Shown here: one piece after another, positions 19,645 to 29,616 of the stretch | Position numbering within the stretch: position 1 is the stretch's first letter | Layout: each line of letters begins with the position of its first letter | Origin: an uncultured Candidatus Rokubacteria bacterium | Lineage (GTDB): Bacteria > Methylomirabilota > Methylomirabilia > Rokubacteriales > DASRDR01 | Reading direction: 5' to 3' | Assembly: GCA_963805625.1 (NCBI GenBank) | Contig: CAWDVE010000009.1 | Coordinates: 8,031 to 72,030, forward strand | DNA length: 64,000 bases | The notes under the pieces: model-generated | What the model saw: only the letters and a program-made list of their open reading frames with translations | Told to the model about the DNA's origin: nothing | Databases searched by the model: none | Made by a program: the position numbers and the translations under genes

Positions 19645-20409
19645 TCAAGGATGCCCGATGTAGTCCATGCGGCCACCGTCTACGGTGAGAACCTGGGCGG
19701 TGACGAACCCGGACTCGGGCGACACGAGGTACGCGACCGCGTGGGCGATGTCCTCGGGCTTGCCGACGCGCCGCACCATCGACTTCGCCGCGAATGCTGC
19801 GAAGTCGGCCTCCGTCCGGCCGGCAGCGGCCATGTCCGTCAGAACGAAGCCCGGCGCGATCGCGTTCACCGTGACGCCGTGCGGCCCCAGCTCGAGCGCG
19901 AAGCGGCGCGTGAGCACGATCACCGCCGCCTTGGTGGCGGCGTAGAAGGTGGTGCCGGCGATCGCCGTGCCCAGCGCGGCCACCGACGCCACGTTCACGA
20001 TGCGCCCGAACTTCCGCTCCTTCATGCCGGCCACCACGGCGCGCGTCACCGTCACCACGCCGTCGACGTTGATCCGCCGCATCCCCTCCAGCTGCGCGAG
20101 GTCGAAGTCTCCGAGGTCCCCGGGGCGGGAGACGCCCGCGTTGTTGATCAGGATGTCCACGGCCCCGAGCTCCGACGTGACGCGCGCGACCATGTCGCCC
20201 ACCTGCGTCGCGTCCGCGACATCCGCCCGCACGGCCAGCGCTCGGCCGCCGCGCGCCCGGATCTCCCGCACCACCGCGTCGGCCGCCTCCGCCTGCTCGC
20301 GGTAGTTCACGCCCACCGCGGCGCCCTCCCGGGCCAGCCGAAGCGCGATCGCCCGACCGAGTCCTCGCGACGCGCCGGTCACCAGCGCGGCCCGTCCCTC
20401 CAGCGTCAT
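19645..20409 (-). CDS. SDR family oxidoreductase (FabG-like)
   Basis: TGASRGLG, NNAG, YAATK, NAIAPG. Confidence 0.93.
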   Translation of the reverse strand: MTLEGRAALVTGASRGLGRAIALRLAREGAAVGVNYREQAEAADAVVREIRARGGRALAVRADVADATQVGDMVARVTSELGAVDILINNAGVSRPGDLGDFDLAQLEGMRRINVDGVVTVTRAVVAGMKERKFGRIVNVASVAALGTAIAGTTFYAATKAAVIVLTRRFALELGPHGVTVNAIAPGFVLTDMAAAGRTEADFAAFAAKSMVRRVGKPEDIAHAVAYLVSPESGFVTAQVLTVDGGRMDYIGHP

Positions 20410-20428
20410 GCCGACCTCGGGCCGGCGG

Positions 20429-21259
20429 TCACAGCCGGAGCCCCGACACCACGTAGCGCTGCGCGAAGAGCGTGACCACCAGCGCCGGGATCATCGCCAT
20501 CACCGCGGTCGCGCTCATGAGGTGCCACTCGACCCCGAGCTCGTGCACGAACTGCGCCATGGTGACGGTCAGGAGCGGCATCCGGCTCCCCGTCAGGATC
20601 AGCGCGAACAGGAACTCGTTCCACGTGAACAGCCAGCACAGGATCCCGAGCGCCATGATACCCGGCCGAGCCTGCGGCAGGATGATGCGCAGGAACGCGC
20701 CCCAGTGGGAGCACCCGTCGAGGTAGGCCGCCTGCTCGAGCTCCGGCTCCACGCCGTCGAAGAACCCCTTCATCACCCAGCTGAAGAAGCAGACGTGCAC
20801 GGCCACGTGGGGCAGCAGGAGCCCGAGGTAGGTGTCGTAGAGGCCGAGGGACTGGGTGAGGAGATAGAGCGGCATCACCCAGGTGATGTACGGCACCGTC
20901 CGGAAGAGGTAGATGGCCGTGAACCAGATCTTGTTCGTCGCGCCCTTGAAGCGGGACAGCATGTAGCCGCTCATCACGGTCACCTGGAGCGAGAAAAACG
21001 TCGCCAGCACGGCGAGAATCGCGCTGTTGAGAAACGACTCCTGGATCTTCGGCGACCGCCAGGCCTTCGCGAAGTTGACCAGCGTGAGGTGGGTCCCTCG
21101 GTGGACGTAGAACACCTCGGACTCCGGCCGGAGAGCGGTGAGCGTCAGCCAGAAGACCGGGAAGAGGAACAGGCCAAGCACCCCGACCAAGGCGAGGCCG
21201 ACGAAGGCCTTTTGCCATCCCTCCCTCAGGGCCCCGCCAGCGCCCGGCCGGGCGGTCAC
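20429..21259 (-). CDS. Carbohydrate ABC transporter permease (MalG-like)
   Basis: ELEQAAYLDG EAA loop, WNEFLFA; GTGA-coupled start. Confidence 0.92.
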   Translation of the reverse strand: MTARPGAGGALREGWQKAFVGLALVGVLGLFLFPVFWLTLTALRPESEVFYVHRGTHLTLVNFAKAWRSPKIQESFLNSAILAVLATFFSLQVTVMSGYMLSRFKGATNKIWFTAIYLFRTVPYITWVMPLYLLTQSLGLYDTYLGLLLPHVAVHVCFFSWVMKGFFDGVEPELEQAAYLDGCSHWGAFLRIILPQARPGIMALGILCWLFTWNEFLFALILTGSRMPLLTVTMAQFVHELGVEWHLMSATAVMAMIPALVVTLFAQRYVVSGLRL

Positions 21260-22200
21260 CGTGACACCTCCGTGACCCGGCGGAGGCCCCAGTAGAGCAC
21301 AACCCCCACGGCCATGATGATGACCGCGCCGATGAGGGAGGCGGCCGCCCCCCGGTCCAGGTTCAGGAAGACGAACGCCTCCTTGTACGCGTAGATGCTG
21401 AACACCTCGGTCGCCCGGCCCGGCTCGCCCTTCGTGATGGTCCACACCGTGTCGAACACGCGGAAGGCGTCGATCGACCGGATCACGATCGCCACGAGCA
21501 GCACCGGCCGGAGGAGCGGCAGGGTCACGTTCCGGAAGATCTGCCAGGCGTTGGCGCCGTCGACGCGGGCCGCCTCGAACGGATCTCGCGGCAGGGACTC
21601 GAGCGCGGCCAGGATGATGATCACGTAGAACGGCGTCTGGAGCCAGACGTCCGTCAGGACGACGATGCAGAGGCTGAGCCACGGCTTGACGAGCCACGCG
21701 ACCGGGGGGAACCCGAGCGTCGTGACGATCGCGTTCGCGACCCCGAATTGGTCGTTGAAGATCCACGCGATCATGATCGACGCGACCACGGGCGCCACCA
21801 TGAGCGGGAAGATGATCAGCGTCCGCACCAGGGTGCGGCCCGGGAACGGCTGCTTCAGCAGCATGGCGATCGCCAGACCGAGCACCACGCCCCCTGCGAC
21901 CGAGGCGAGCATGAAGAAGAAGGTGTTCGGGAGGACGACCCACAGGAACTGCGCGTCGGAAAGGATGCGCTGGAAATTCCGCAGCCCGATGAAGGGGTGC
22001 TCCTCATCGGTCAGGGAGAACCGCCGGAGACTCGCGTCCACGCCCATCAGGATGGGCAGGACCTGGAACAGAAGGAGAATGAGCGCGGCCGGCGCGATCA
22101 GCGTCAGCGCGAAGTAGCGACGCTGCCGGAACAAGGACACGGCGGCCGCGCCGCTCGGCGGGCCGCCGCGCCTCAGGGTATCGTCGTGGACCTCGGTCAC
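21256..22200 (-). CDS. Carbohydrate ABC transporter permease (MalF-like)
   Basis: FIGLRNF, FEAARVDGA, FRVFD. Confidence 0.92.
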   Translation of the reverse strand: MTEVHDDTLRRGGPPSGAAAVSLFRQRRYFALTLIAPAALILLLFQVLPILMGVDASLRRFSLTDEEHPFIGLRNFQRILSDAQFLWVVLPNTFFFMLASVAGGVVLGLAIAMLLKQPFPGRTLVRTLIIFPLMVAPVVASIMIAWIFNDQFGVANAIVTTLGFPPVAWLVKPWLSLCIVVLTDVWLQTPFYVIIILAALESLPRDPFEAARVDGANAWQIFRNVTLPLLRPVLLVAIVIRSIDAFRVFDTVWTITKGEPGRATEVFSIYAYKEAFVFLNLDRGAAASLIGAVIIMAVGVVLYWGLRRVTEVSR

Positions 22201-22285
22201 GTGTCCGTCAGGGCCAGAGCATTCGGCGCTTCGCCGGCATCTCCTCCCGGGCGTTGATCCGACACCGAGGCCGGTCCATGCGCCC

Positions 22286-23605
22286 CTACTTCCTCATGAT
22301 CTCGGACAGCTTCTGGGCGCCCTCCGACAGGACCTTCGGGATGTCCTCGCGCTTGCCGATGAGCGCCTTCGACGCGATGTCGGAGAAGGTCGCGTGCACC
22401 TCGGGCCACTGCTTGAAGTAGTACGCCGGCACGATGTGGTACGGCGCGTCGATCAGGGTCGCCTTCAGCTGGGCGAACAGCGGCTCCTCCTTCGCGAGCG
22501 CCTGCTGCACCTTGGTGATCGGGGGGATGCCCGCGGTCGACTTGAAGATGTCGCGCTGGACCTCCTCGCTCTCCCCCATCCATTCCAGGAGCTCCTTGGC
22601 GAGTTTCTTCTGCTCCGGCGCGTTCGCCTTCGGGATGGCCCAGAACCATGCCGCGCGCCAGGCGAGCCCCTTCCGGGTCGAGCTCGGGCCCAGCGGGAAC
22701 TTCCCCATCGCCACCTTCCCCGCCACCTTGGACGCGGCGGGGTCGTTGTACTTGCCGTACAGCGGGGTGTCGTTCATCGTCATGAACGACTCGCCGGCCA
22801 TGAAGATCCCGTCCGACTCCGTCCGCGTGTAGCTGACGAGTGCCGGGGGCGAGATCTTGTGGACGTTGATGTTGTCCCACCAGAACTCGATCGCCTCGCG
22901 CGCGCACTTCTCGCCGAGCATGCTCTTCCAGTCGTTCTTCGCGAGGACGTCGTTGTCCCGCTCGTTGTAGGGCGAGAAGAGGTCGCAGTCGTTCGTCCAC
23001 AGCGACCAGAGGAGGGTGAACCACGTGTGCGGGTACTTGAGCCCGCCCACGAAGCCCCACTTGACCTTCCCCTCCTTCTGCAGCTTCTGGGACACACGGA
23101 CGAGATCCGCCCAGGTCTTCGGATACTCCGCCTCGGCGATGAGATCCTTCCGGTAGAAGAAGACCCCGAGCGTCTCGTTGAACGGCACGGCCGTGGCAGC
23201 GCGCTTCCCGTCCGGCTGCTTCCACAGCATGGCCTGGTCGATGAGAATCTTCCGATCCATCGCGTTCAGGATCTTGAGGTCCTCGACCGGCTCCAGGAAC
23301 GCGCCCCACAGCTGGCCCCAGTCGTCGTTGTGCCAGATGATGTCGTACTCCTGGGACTTCCCCAGGAAGCTCGCCGTCAGCTTTTCGACATACACCTCGT
23401 AGGAGATCGGGGTGGGCTTGATCTCCACGCCCTTCATCTCGCCCCACTTCTTCATCCACTTGAGCTGCTGCTCGTGGATCGGATGGGGCATGTAGGCGAT
23501 CGAGAGCTTGCCCGCGGCCAGCGCGGGCCCGGCGAGCAGCAAGAGCCACGCCCCCGCGGCCAGCGCCGCGAGCGTCCGGAACGCATTCACTCGGAGCCTC
23601 GTCAT
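22286..23605 (-). CDS. Extracellular solute-binding protein, family 1
   Basis: Signal peptide; FFYRKDL, PKTWADL; precedes two carbohydrate permeases. Confidence 0.9.
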   Translation of the reverse strand: MTRLRVNAFRTLAALAAGAWLLLLAGPALAAGKLSIAYMPHPIHEQQLKWMKKWGEMKGVEIKPTPISYEVYVEKLTASFLGKSQEYDIIWHNDDWGQLWGAFLEPVEDLKILNAMDRKILIDQAMLWKQPDGKRAATAVPFNETLGVFFYRKDLIAEAEYPKTWADLVRVSQKLQKEGKVKWGFVGGLKYPHTWFTLLWSLWTNDCDLFSPYNERDNDVLAKNDWKSMLGEKCAREAIEFWWDNINVHKISPPALVSYTRTESDGIFMAGESFMTMNDTPLYGKYNDPAASKVAGKVAMGKFPLGPSSTRKGLAWRAAWFWAIPKANAPEQKKLAKELLEWMGESEEVQRDIFKSTAGIPPITKVQQALAKEEPLFAQLKATLIDAPYHIVPAYYFKQWPEVHATFSDIASKALIGKREDIPKVLSEGAQKLSEIMRK

Positions 23606-23703
23606 GCTGCACCCTCCCCTCAGCTTGAGCCAGCTTCGGTCGGCCTTGACGCGAGACGCCGCAACGGGACGCCGGTCGGGTGGCGGCCCGGGCGGAACCC
23701 TGT

Positions 23704-23750
23704 CAGGGAATCCCTGGCCGGACTCTAGGCAGCCCTCGCGGGGTTGTCAA
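23704..23750 (-). promoter_or_regulatory. Sigma70 promoter with overlapping palindromic operator for the ABC operon
   Basis: TTGACA(23750-23745)-N17-TAGAGT(23727-23722); palindrome CAGGGA-A-TCCCTG at 23704-23716 covers the expected start site. Confidence 0.7.
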
Positions 23751-23833
23751 TGGGTCGGGCGCCGGGCGCGGACGGGCCGGCGCGCGGCATCACTGGACAA
23801 TCGGCTCGGCGCTCGTCCGGCCCGAGCCGCACG

Positions 23834-24616
23834 TCAGTGCATCCAGAGGCCGCCGGTGACGTTGACGGCCTGGCCGGTCATGTAGCGCGCGTCGTCGGAT
23901 ACGAGGAAGGCGACCACGCCGGCGACGTCCTCCGGCTCCGCGAGCCGGCCCATCGGGATCCAGCCGACGCGGTCAGCCGAGGTCGGGCGTCCGAGCGCGC
24001 GGGACTCCGCGTCCACCTGCGCCCGCATCTCGGTGCCCGCCACGATGCCGGGGCAGACGGCGTTGACCCGGATGCCCCGGGGCGCGACCTCCTTGGCCAG
24101 GGACTGCGTCAGGCCGATCACGGCGAACTTCGAGGCGCAGTAGGGGCCGAAGTACGGCGCGCCCGCCTTCCCGCTCCAGGACGCGAGGTTGACGATGTTG
24201 CCGCGTCCCCGCGCGAGCATGTGCGGGAGCACGGCCTGGCTGCAGAAGAAGACGCCGTCCACATTGAGCCGGAACGTCGCGCGCCAGTCGGCCTCGGAGA
24301 ACTCGGCGATCGCCCCGAGCCGGCAGAGGCCGGCGTTGTTGACCAGGAGGTCGACGGCGCCGAACGCCTCGAGCGTCTCCGCCACCATGCGGTGGGCGGC
24401 CTCGCGATCGCCGACATCGGCGACGACGGCGGCGCTGCGGGCGCCTGCTGCCGCGACTTCGCGTGCGACCCCAGTGGCGCGGGCCGGCTCGACGTCGTTG
24501 ACCGCGACGGCCCAGCCGTCACGGGCCAGCCGGAGCGCGATCGCGCGACCGATGCCCATGCCCGCGCCGGTGATCAGGGCGGTGCCCGGCGCGGCGGACG
24601 GGGACGGCGCGCTCAT
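23834..24616 (-). CDS. SDR family oxidoreductase
   Basis: TGAGMGIG, NNAG, YCASK, NAVCPG. Confidence 0.93.
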   Translation of the reverse strand: MSAPSPSAAPGTALITGAGMGIGRAIALRLARDGWAVAVNDVEPARATGVAREVAAAGARSAAVVADVGDREAAHRMVAETLEAFGAVDLLVNNAGLCRLGAIAEFSEADWRATFRLNVDGVFFCSQAVLPHMLARGRGNIVNLASWSGKAGAPYFGPYCASKFAVIGLTQSLAKEVAPRGIRVNAVCPGIVAGTEMRAQVDAESRALGRPTSADRVGWIPMGRLAEPEDVAGVVAFLVSDDARYMTGQAVNVTGGLWMH

Positions 24617-24622
24617 CGCCGC

Positions 24623-25819
24623 TCAGATGACCCGCTGGTCGCGAAGGCGCTGCACGTCCCCGGCGGGGTAGCCGAGCTCCCTCAGGATCTCCTCGGCGTG
24701 CTCCCCGGGCATGGGCGGCGGCCGGCGGACGCCCGCCCGTCCCGACGAGAACTCCACCGGGAAGCGGAGGAGCCGCACTCGCCCGGCGACGGGATGATCG
24801 ATCTCCTCGACCGCGTCCGACGCCTGGACCGCGGGGTCGGCGAAGGCCTCCTCGTGCGTCCGGATCGGCGCCACCCAGACGCCCCGGGGCACGAGGAAGT
24901 CGATCCACTCCTGCGTGGTGCGCCCCCGCATCACGGGCTCGACGATGCGGGCGATCTCCTCGCGGGCCGGGAAATTGTGCGCGACCGTGGCGTAGGGTGC
25001 CAGCGCCGGCAGGTCGAGCGCGTCCTGGAGAGCCTTGAGCGGTGACATCGACAGGACGAGCCAGCCGTCCCGGGTCTCGTAGCACCCGTAGGGGCCGGGG
25101 TGAAACATGCTCGCGAGGCTCGTCGGGCTCTTCGCGAGTCGCGCACCATTCAGGAAGTACGTGACGATCTCGAGCTGGAGATCGAACGCCGCCCGCAGCA
25201 TGCTCACCTCGACGTGGACCCCCTGGCCCGTGCGCGCGCGCTCGAGGAGCGCGGCCAGCACGCCCATCGCCAGGAGGGTCGCCCCGTGCTGGTCGACGAC
25301 GGCCGTGCCGACAGGGGTGGGCGGCTGCCCCGCGCGGCCCGAGATGCTCGCGAGGCCCGAGAGCGCCTGGAGCAGGAGGTCCTGCCCCGGGCGGTCGCGG
25401 TAGGGGCTCGACTCGCCATATCCGGAGGCCGAGACGTAGACGAGCCGCGGGTTCCAGGCCCGGGCCGTCTCCCAGCCGAGACCGAGACGCGCCATCACGC
25501 CCGGCCGGAAGTTCTGGACCAGAACGTCGGCGCCCTCGACGAGGCGCCGCGCGATGGCCAGGCCGTCGGGGTGCTTCAGGTCCAGGGTCAGGCTCCGCTG
25601 GTTGCGGTGCGTGGACAGAAAGAAGGCGCTGACGCCGTTCAGGTAGAGGTCGGTGCCCGCCCAGTTACGCTCCCAGAGCGTTCCGCCCGGGGGCTCGATC
25701 TTGATCACGTCGGCGCCCAGGTCCGCGATGAACTGGACACCCGAGGGGCCGAGCAGAAACTGGGTGAAGCTCAGCACCCGCACACCCGACAGCACGGAGA
25801 GCGGCGGCCGCCCGTCCAT
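24623..25819 (-). CDS. CaiB/BaiF family CoA transferase
   Basis: ADLGADVIKIEPP, DVLVQNFRPG, SASGYG, RPGQD. Confidence 0.93.
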   Translation of the reverse strand: MDGRPPLSVLSGVRVLSFTQFLLGPSGVQFIADLGADVIKIEPPGGTLWERNWAGTDLYLNGVSAFFLSTHRNQRSLTLDLKHPDGLAIARRLVEGADVLVQNFRPGVMARLGLGWETARAWNPRLVYVSASGYGESSPYRDRPGQDLLLQALSGLASISGRAGQPPTPVGTAVVDQHGATLLAMGVLAALLERARTGQGVHVEVSMLRAAFDLQLEIVTYFLNGARLAKSPTSLASMFHPGPYGCYETRDGWLVLSMSPLKALQDALDLPALAPYATVAHNFPAREEIARIVEPVMRGRTTQEWIDFLVPRGVWVAPIRTHEEAFADPAVQASDAVEEIDHPVAGRVRLLRFPVEFSSGRAGVRRPPPMPGEHAEEILRELGYPAGDVQRLRDQRVI

Positions 25820-25822
25820 GGA

Positions 25823-26566
25823 TCAGCGCTTGAAGAAGGCCTGCATCGCGCGCCGTGGCTCTCCGGTGGCATAGGCACGGGCGAAGGCATCCATCGAAAG
25901 CGTGACGGCCGTATCCAGATCCACGCGACGCCAGCGCGCGAGCAAGGCCTTCTGGAGCCGGAGCGCGTCGGCCGGGAGCGCGAGCAACCGATCGACCCAA
26001 ACCTCCACCTCCCGGTCGAGGGCGTCCTCCGTGACCGCCTGGTTGACCAGTCCCCAGCGCTCCGCTTCGGTGGCCTCCACGGGCCGGCCGCCGAGCAGGA
26101 GCTCGGCGGTGCGCCCCCAGCCGATCAGACCGGGCAGGAGCGCCGCCTGGATCACGGACGGGATGCCCACGGTGATCTCGGGCATGCCGAGCCGGCACGA
26201 GGCGGCGGCGATCCTCAGATCGCAGGCCAGCACCAGCTCGAGGGCGCCGCCGAGCACGTGGCCGTGAAGCCGCGCGATCGTGGGAACGGGGACCTCCTCG
26301 AGGGCACGGATCGTGGTACGGAGCGCGTCGATGAGCGTCCGCGCCCCGGTCGCGTCGAGATCCCGCATCGCCGCCACGTCGACTCCCGCCGAGAACGCGC
26401 GGCCCGATCCCCCCAGGACAACGACGCGCAGCCCGGGGTCGGCGCCGAGCTCGCGGAAGGCGACGCCGAGGGTGTCGATGAGGCCCGGCGTGAGGACGTT
26501 GAGGGGCGAGCGGTCGAGCGTGAGGCGCGCGACCCCGCCCTCGCGCGCGATGCGAAGCTCAGCCAC
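25823..26566 (-). CDS. Enoyl-CoA hydratase/isomerase
   Basis: AFSAGVDV, LGGALELVLACDLRIA, GMPE. Confidence 0.92.
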   Translation of the reverse strand: MAELRIAREGGVARLTLDRSPLNVLTPGLIDTLGVAFRELGADPGLRVVVLGGSGRAFSAGVDVAAMRDLDATGARTLIDALRTTIRALEEVPVPTIARLHGHVLGGALELVLACDLRIAAASCRLGMPEITVGIPSVIQAALLPGLIGWGRTAELLLGGRPVEATEAERWGLVNQAVTEDALDREVEVWVDRLLALPADALRLQKALLARWRRVDLDTAVTLSMDAFARAYATGEPRRAMQAFFKR

Positions 26567-26572
26567 GCGGCG

Positions 26573-26896
26573 CTAGTAACGGCCCACCGCCGGGTCCACT
26601 TCGGCCGCCCAGCCGTCGATCCCGCCGCTCAGGTTCACGGCCGGGATGCCCTGGCGACGAAGCCACTGGACGACGGCGGCGGAACGCTGCCCGTGGTGGC
26701 AGTGCACGACGATCTCGCGCCCGGGATCCAGCTCGCCGACGCGGGCGACGAGCTGGTCCATGGGGATGAGCCGCGCCCCCGGGATCGCGCACAGCTCGTG
26801 CTCCCAGGGCTCGCGAACGTCCAGGATCGCGGTGGGCTCGCCAGCGTCGAGCCGGCGCTTGAGCTCGGATGGCGGGATCTCGGCGTAGGGTTCCAC
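26573..26896 (-). CDS. Rhodanese-like domain protein
   Basis: LDVREPWE, HCHHGQRS, NLSGGIDGW. Confidence 0.9.
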   Translation of the reverse strand: MEPYAEIPPSELKRRLDAGEPTAILDVREPWEHELCAIPGARLIPMDQLVARVGELDPGREIVVHCHHGQRSAAVVQWLRRQGIPAVNLSGGIDGWAAEVDPAVGRY

Positions 26897-26967
26897 GAGG
26901 CCGGAGTGTACCGCGCGTCCCGACGAGCGCCAAGCGGGCCCGGAGAAGCCGGCCCCGGCGCCGGCCT

Positions 26968-28017
26968 TCAGAGGCCGGCGGGCAAGGGAACCCGGAAGCG
27001 AGCGGCGACGCTGCGGAGGTTCTCCACCGTTCCGGTCGGCAGCGGGATTCCCCGCCGACGCCGCTCGTCCGTCGAGCGGTCTTCCGGCTCGCCGGGAACG
27101 AGGACCTCCGCGACCCCCTCCGCCCGTGGCAGGGCTCTCAGACCGTCGATCAGCCGATCCACCTCGGCGCGATACGCGGCGAGGTCGGTGAAGGCCCCGA
27201 TGTCGATGGCCGCGACCACGCTGTTCTGGCGGTGGCGGCCAGCCCCGGCCTCCCCGGAGAGCGCCGGACCGAGGAGCGGGTTACCCACCATCAGGCTGGT
27301 CAGGGTCTCGAACATCATGGCGAGCCCCGAGCCCTTGGGGCCGCCGAACGGCAGGAGGATCTTCGCCCGGTTCGCGTCGGTCGTCGGCTGTCCGGCCTCG
27401 TCGAGAGCCCACCCGGGCGGCAGCGGAACGCCCTTGTCGCGCGCCAGGCTGAGCTTCCCGCCCGCCGCCACGCTCGTCGCCATGTCGACGCAGAGGGGGC
27501 GGTGCCGGCCGGCCGGGACGGCGATCGCGATGGGACTGTTGTGCACGCCCGCAGTGCGGGCGCCGAACGGCGCCATGTTCGGCGGGCTGCACACGATGGC
27601 GATCCCCGCCATCCCGGCCTCCACCGCCATGAGCGCGTAGTACGCCATCGCCCCCTGGTGCGTCGTGTTGCGGATGACCGCCCAGCCGATGCCGGCCGCG
27701 CGGGCCTTGTCGATTGCGCGCCGCATGGCAACCGTCGTGACCACGGGACCGAGGGCATGGTCACCATCGATCAGCACCGTGGCGGCCGTCTCCTTCTCCA
27801 CGCGAATCGTCGGCCGCGGGTTCATATCACCCTGGGCGATCAGGTCCACGTACCAGGGGATCCGAAGCACTCCGTGGGAGTCGACGCCCCGGAGGTTCGC
27901 CCACACGAGGACCTCGGCCTCGAGGGCCGCATCCTCAGACGGCACCCCCGCGGCAATGAACACGCCCTTGGTGAACTCCTGGAGCTCCGCCGCCGGGACT
28001 CGCGTCTCGTCCGTCAT
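26968..28017 (-). CDS. Ldh_2 family (malate/L-lactate type 2) oxidoreductase
   Basis: RGVDSHG, DMATS, PFGGPKGSGL, VPGEPE. Confidence 0.92.
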   Translation of the reverse strand: MTDETRVPAAELQEFTKGVFIAAGVPSEDAALEAEVLVWANLRGVDSHGVLRIPWYVDLIAQGDMNPRPTIRVEKETAATVLIDGDHALGPVVTTVAMRRAIDKARAAGIGWAVIRNTTHQGAMAYYALMAVEAGMAGIAIVCSPPNMAPFGARTAGVHNSPIAIAVPAGRHRPLCVDMATSVAAGGKLSLARDKGVPLPPGWALDEAGQPTTDANRAKILLPFGGPKGSGLAMMFETLTSLMVGNPLLGPALSGEAGAGRHRQNSVVAAIDIGAFTDLAAYRAEVDRLIDGLRALPRAEGVAEVLVPGEPEDRSTDERRRRGIPLPTGTVENLRSVAARFRVPLPAGL

Positions 28018-28029
28018 GCCGCCCGCGCC

Positions 28030-29043
28030 TCAGGCCGGCGCGGCGCCCGGATCGAGGAGCCGCGCGAGCGGCGCCCGGAACGGGAAGACGCCAAATCCGC
28101 CACCCGTGTGGAGAAAGAGGACCCGGCGTCCCAGGAGGCCGGGCGTGCGCCGCGCGGTGTCCTGGAGCGCCAGGAACGCCTTGGCTGTGTACACCGGATC
28201 CAGCAACAGCCCGTCGCGCGCGGCTCGGGCAACGACGGCGAGCTCCTCGGGCCGCACACCCGCGCGGCCGTCGCCCTGGTACCCGTCGAGAAGGCGGATG
28301 GCGTCGCGCTCGACGTGGACGTCTGCTCCGATGCGGGCCGCCGACTTCCGCACGGTCGCCCAGACCGAGGCCCGGATCGTCCCGGCGTCGAACTGGACGG
28401 GCACACCCCAGATCTCGGCGCGGAGCCCGAAGAGTGCCTTGCCGAGGTGGAGACCCGCCAGGGTACCCCCGCTCCAGACGGCGACCACGATCGCATCCGG
28501 GGAGGCGAGAAGGCCGGCCGCGATCTGCGTCTGGAGCTCCTCGACCGCCGCCGCGTAGCCGAGCGCCCCGAGCTCGTTCGAGCCCGACTCCGGGATGATG
28601 TAGGGACGGCCGCCTGTCCGTCGGACCTCCTCGGCCAGGCGCGCGAAGAGGCCCTCCGGGCTGTCCACGGCCTCGGGCGGCACGAACACGGCGCGGGCGC
28701 CGAACAGCTCCGCGAGGAAGAGGTTGCCGTCGGGCACCTCCGGGGCAGTCCCTCGAAGCCCGAGCACGCAGCCGAGCCCCAAGCGAGCCGCAACGACCGC
28801 CGTGGCCCGCGCGCAGTTCGACTGGAGCGCCCCCACCGTGATCAAGGTGTCCGCGCCCTGCTCGAGGGCATCGTGCACCAGGAACTCGAGCTTGCGCACC
28901 TTGTTGCCGCTCTCGGCGAACCCCGTGAGGTCGTCCCGCTTCACGCTCAGCTCGAGCCCGAGCGCGGCCCCGAGACGGGGCAGCGGCTGGATCGGAGTGG
29001 GAGACGCGGCAAGAGAGACCCGGCCGGGCAGCTTCGCACCCAT
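28030..29043 (-). CDS. D-cysteine desulfhydrase / ACC deaminase family PLP enzyme
   Basis: KRDDLTG..SGNKVRKLEFL, QSNCAR, SGGTLAGL, LDPVYTAKA, FLHTGG. Confidence 0.92.
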   Translation of the reverse strand: MGAKLPGRVSLAASPTPIQPLPRLGAALGLELSVKRDDLTGFAESGNKVRKLEFLVHDALEQGADTLITVGALQSNCARATAVVAARLGLGCVLGLRGTAPEVPDGNLFLAELFGARAVFVPPEAVDSPEGLFARLAEEVRRTGGRPYIIPESGSNELGALGYAAAVEELQTQIAAGLLASPDAIVVAVWSGGTLAGLHLGKALFGLRAEIWGVPVQFDAGTIRASVWATVRKSAARIGADVHVERDAIRLLDGYQGDGRAGVRPEELAVVARAARDGLLLDPVYTAKAFLALQDTARRTPGLLGRRVLFLHTGGGFGVFPFRAPLARLLDPGAAPA

Positions 29044-29082
29044 CGATTTCAGCCTACCGGCAGGGCGGGGCGAGGTCACCCC

Positions 29083-29119
29083 AAAAAAGACCGGGCCCGG
29101 GAGCGTGACCCGGGCCCGG
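29083..29119 (-). terminator. Intrinsic terminator
   Basis: Minus strand reads CCGGGCCCGGG-N7-CCCGGGCCCGG-TC-TTTTTT, just downstream of the 29143 stop. Confidence 0.85.
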
Positions 29120-29142
29120 CGTCGTCAGCAGTCGGGGGAAGC

Positions 29143-29535
29143 TTACCGGCAGGCCTGCGTCCAGTAGCCCGGCACCCACTGGTAGCCGTTCCAGGCGGGG
29201 TTGACCCAGTAGTTCGAGCACACCGGCTGGTAGACGACCGGTGGAGGCTGGACGACCACCGGCGCGGGCTGGTACACCACCGGAGGCGCGGCGTAGACCC
29301 GCGGCGCGAAGATGCTGCCCACGACGATCCCGGTCACCGCGCCCACCGCGAGTCCGCCCCAGAAGGGGCCAGGGCCGCCGTAGTACCCACCGGAGCGACC
29401 ATGGTAGTGGCGAGGTCCCCCCCCGTGGTTCCAGTGACGGCCAGCCGCCTCTGCCATCGGGGGCACGACCAGGAACATGGCCAGGAACCCCGCGATCAGG
29501 ACTCCCGCAATCACCTTCTTCGTGAGCTTCATCAT
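29143..29535 (-). CDS. Small exported Gly/Tyr/Pro-rich protein
   Basis: Signal peptide ending AEA; GGAGG RBS; PPVVYQP repeats; C-terminal C..WVPGYW..C; has its own terminator. Confidence 0.8.
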   Translation of the reverse strand: MMKLTKKVIAGVLIAGFLAMFLVVPPMAEAAGRHWNHGGGPRHYHGRSGGYYGGPGPFWGGLAVGAVTGIVVGSIFAPRVYAAPPVVYQPAPVVVQPPPVVYQPVCSNYWVNPAWNGYQWVPGYWTQACR

Positions 29536-29616
29536 GGCCTCCTGTTGCCGCGTTCGACGGGACCCCCGGGAACCCTATTCGGGCCGCCGGCAACCGGAGC
29601 GTCAGTCCACTGACGG

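Noticed and set aside
23606-23715. Possible riboswitch in the ABC operon leader
   Set aside because: No known aptamer motif or terminator recognised.
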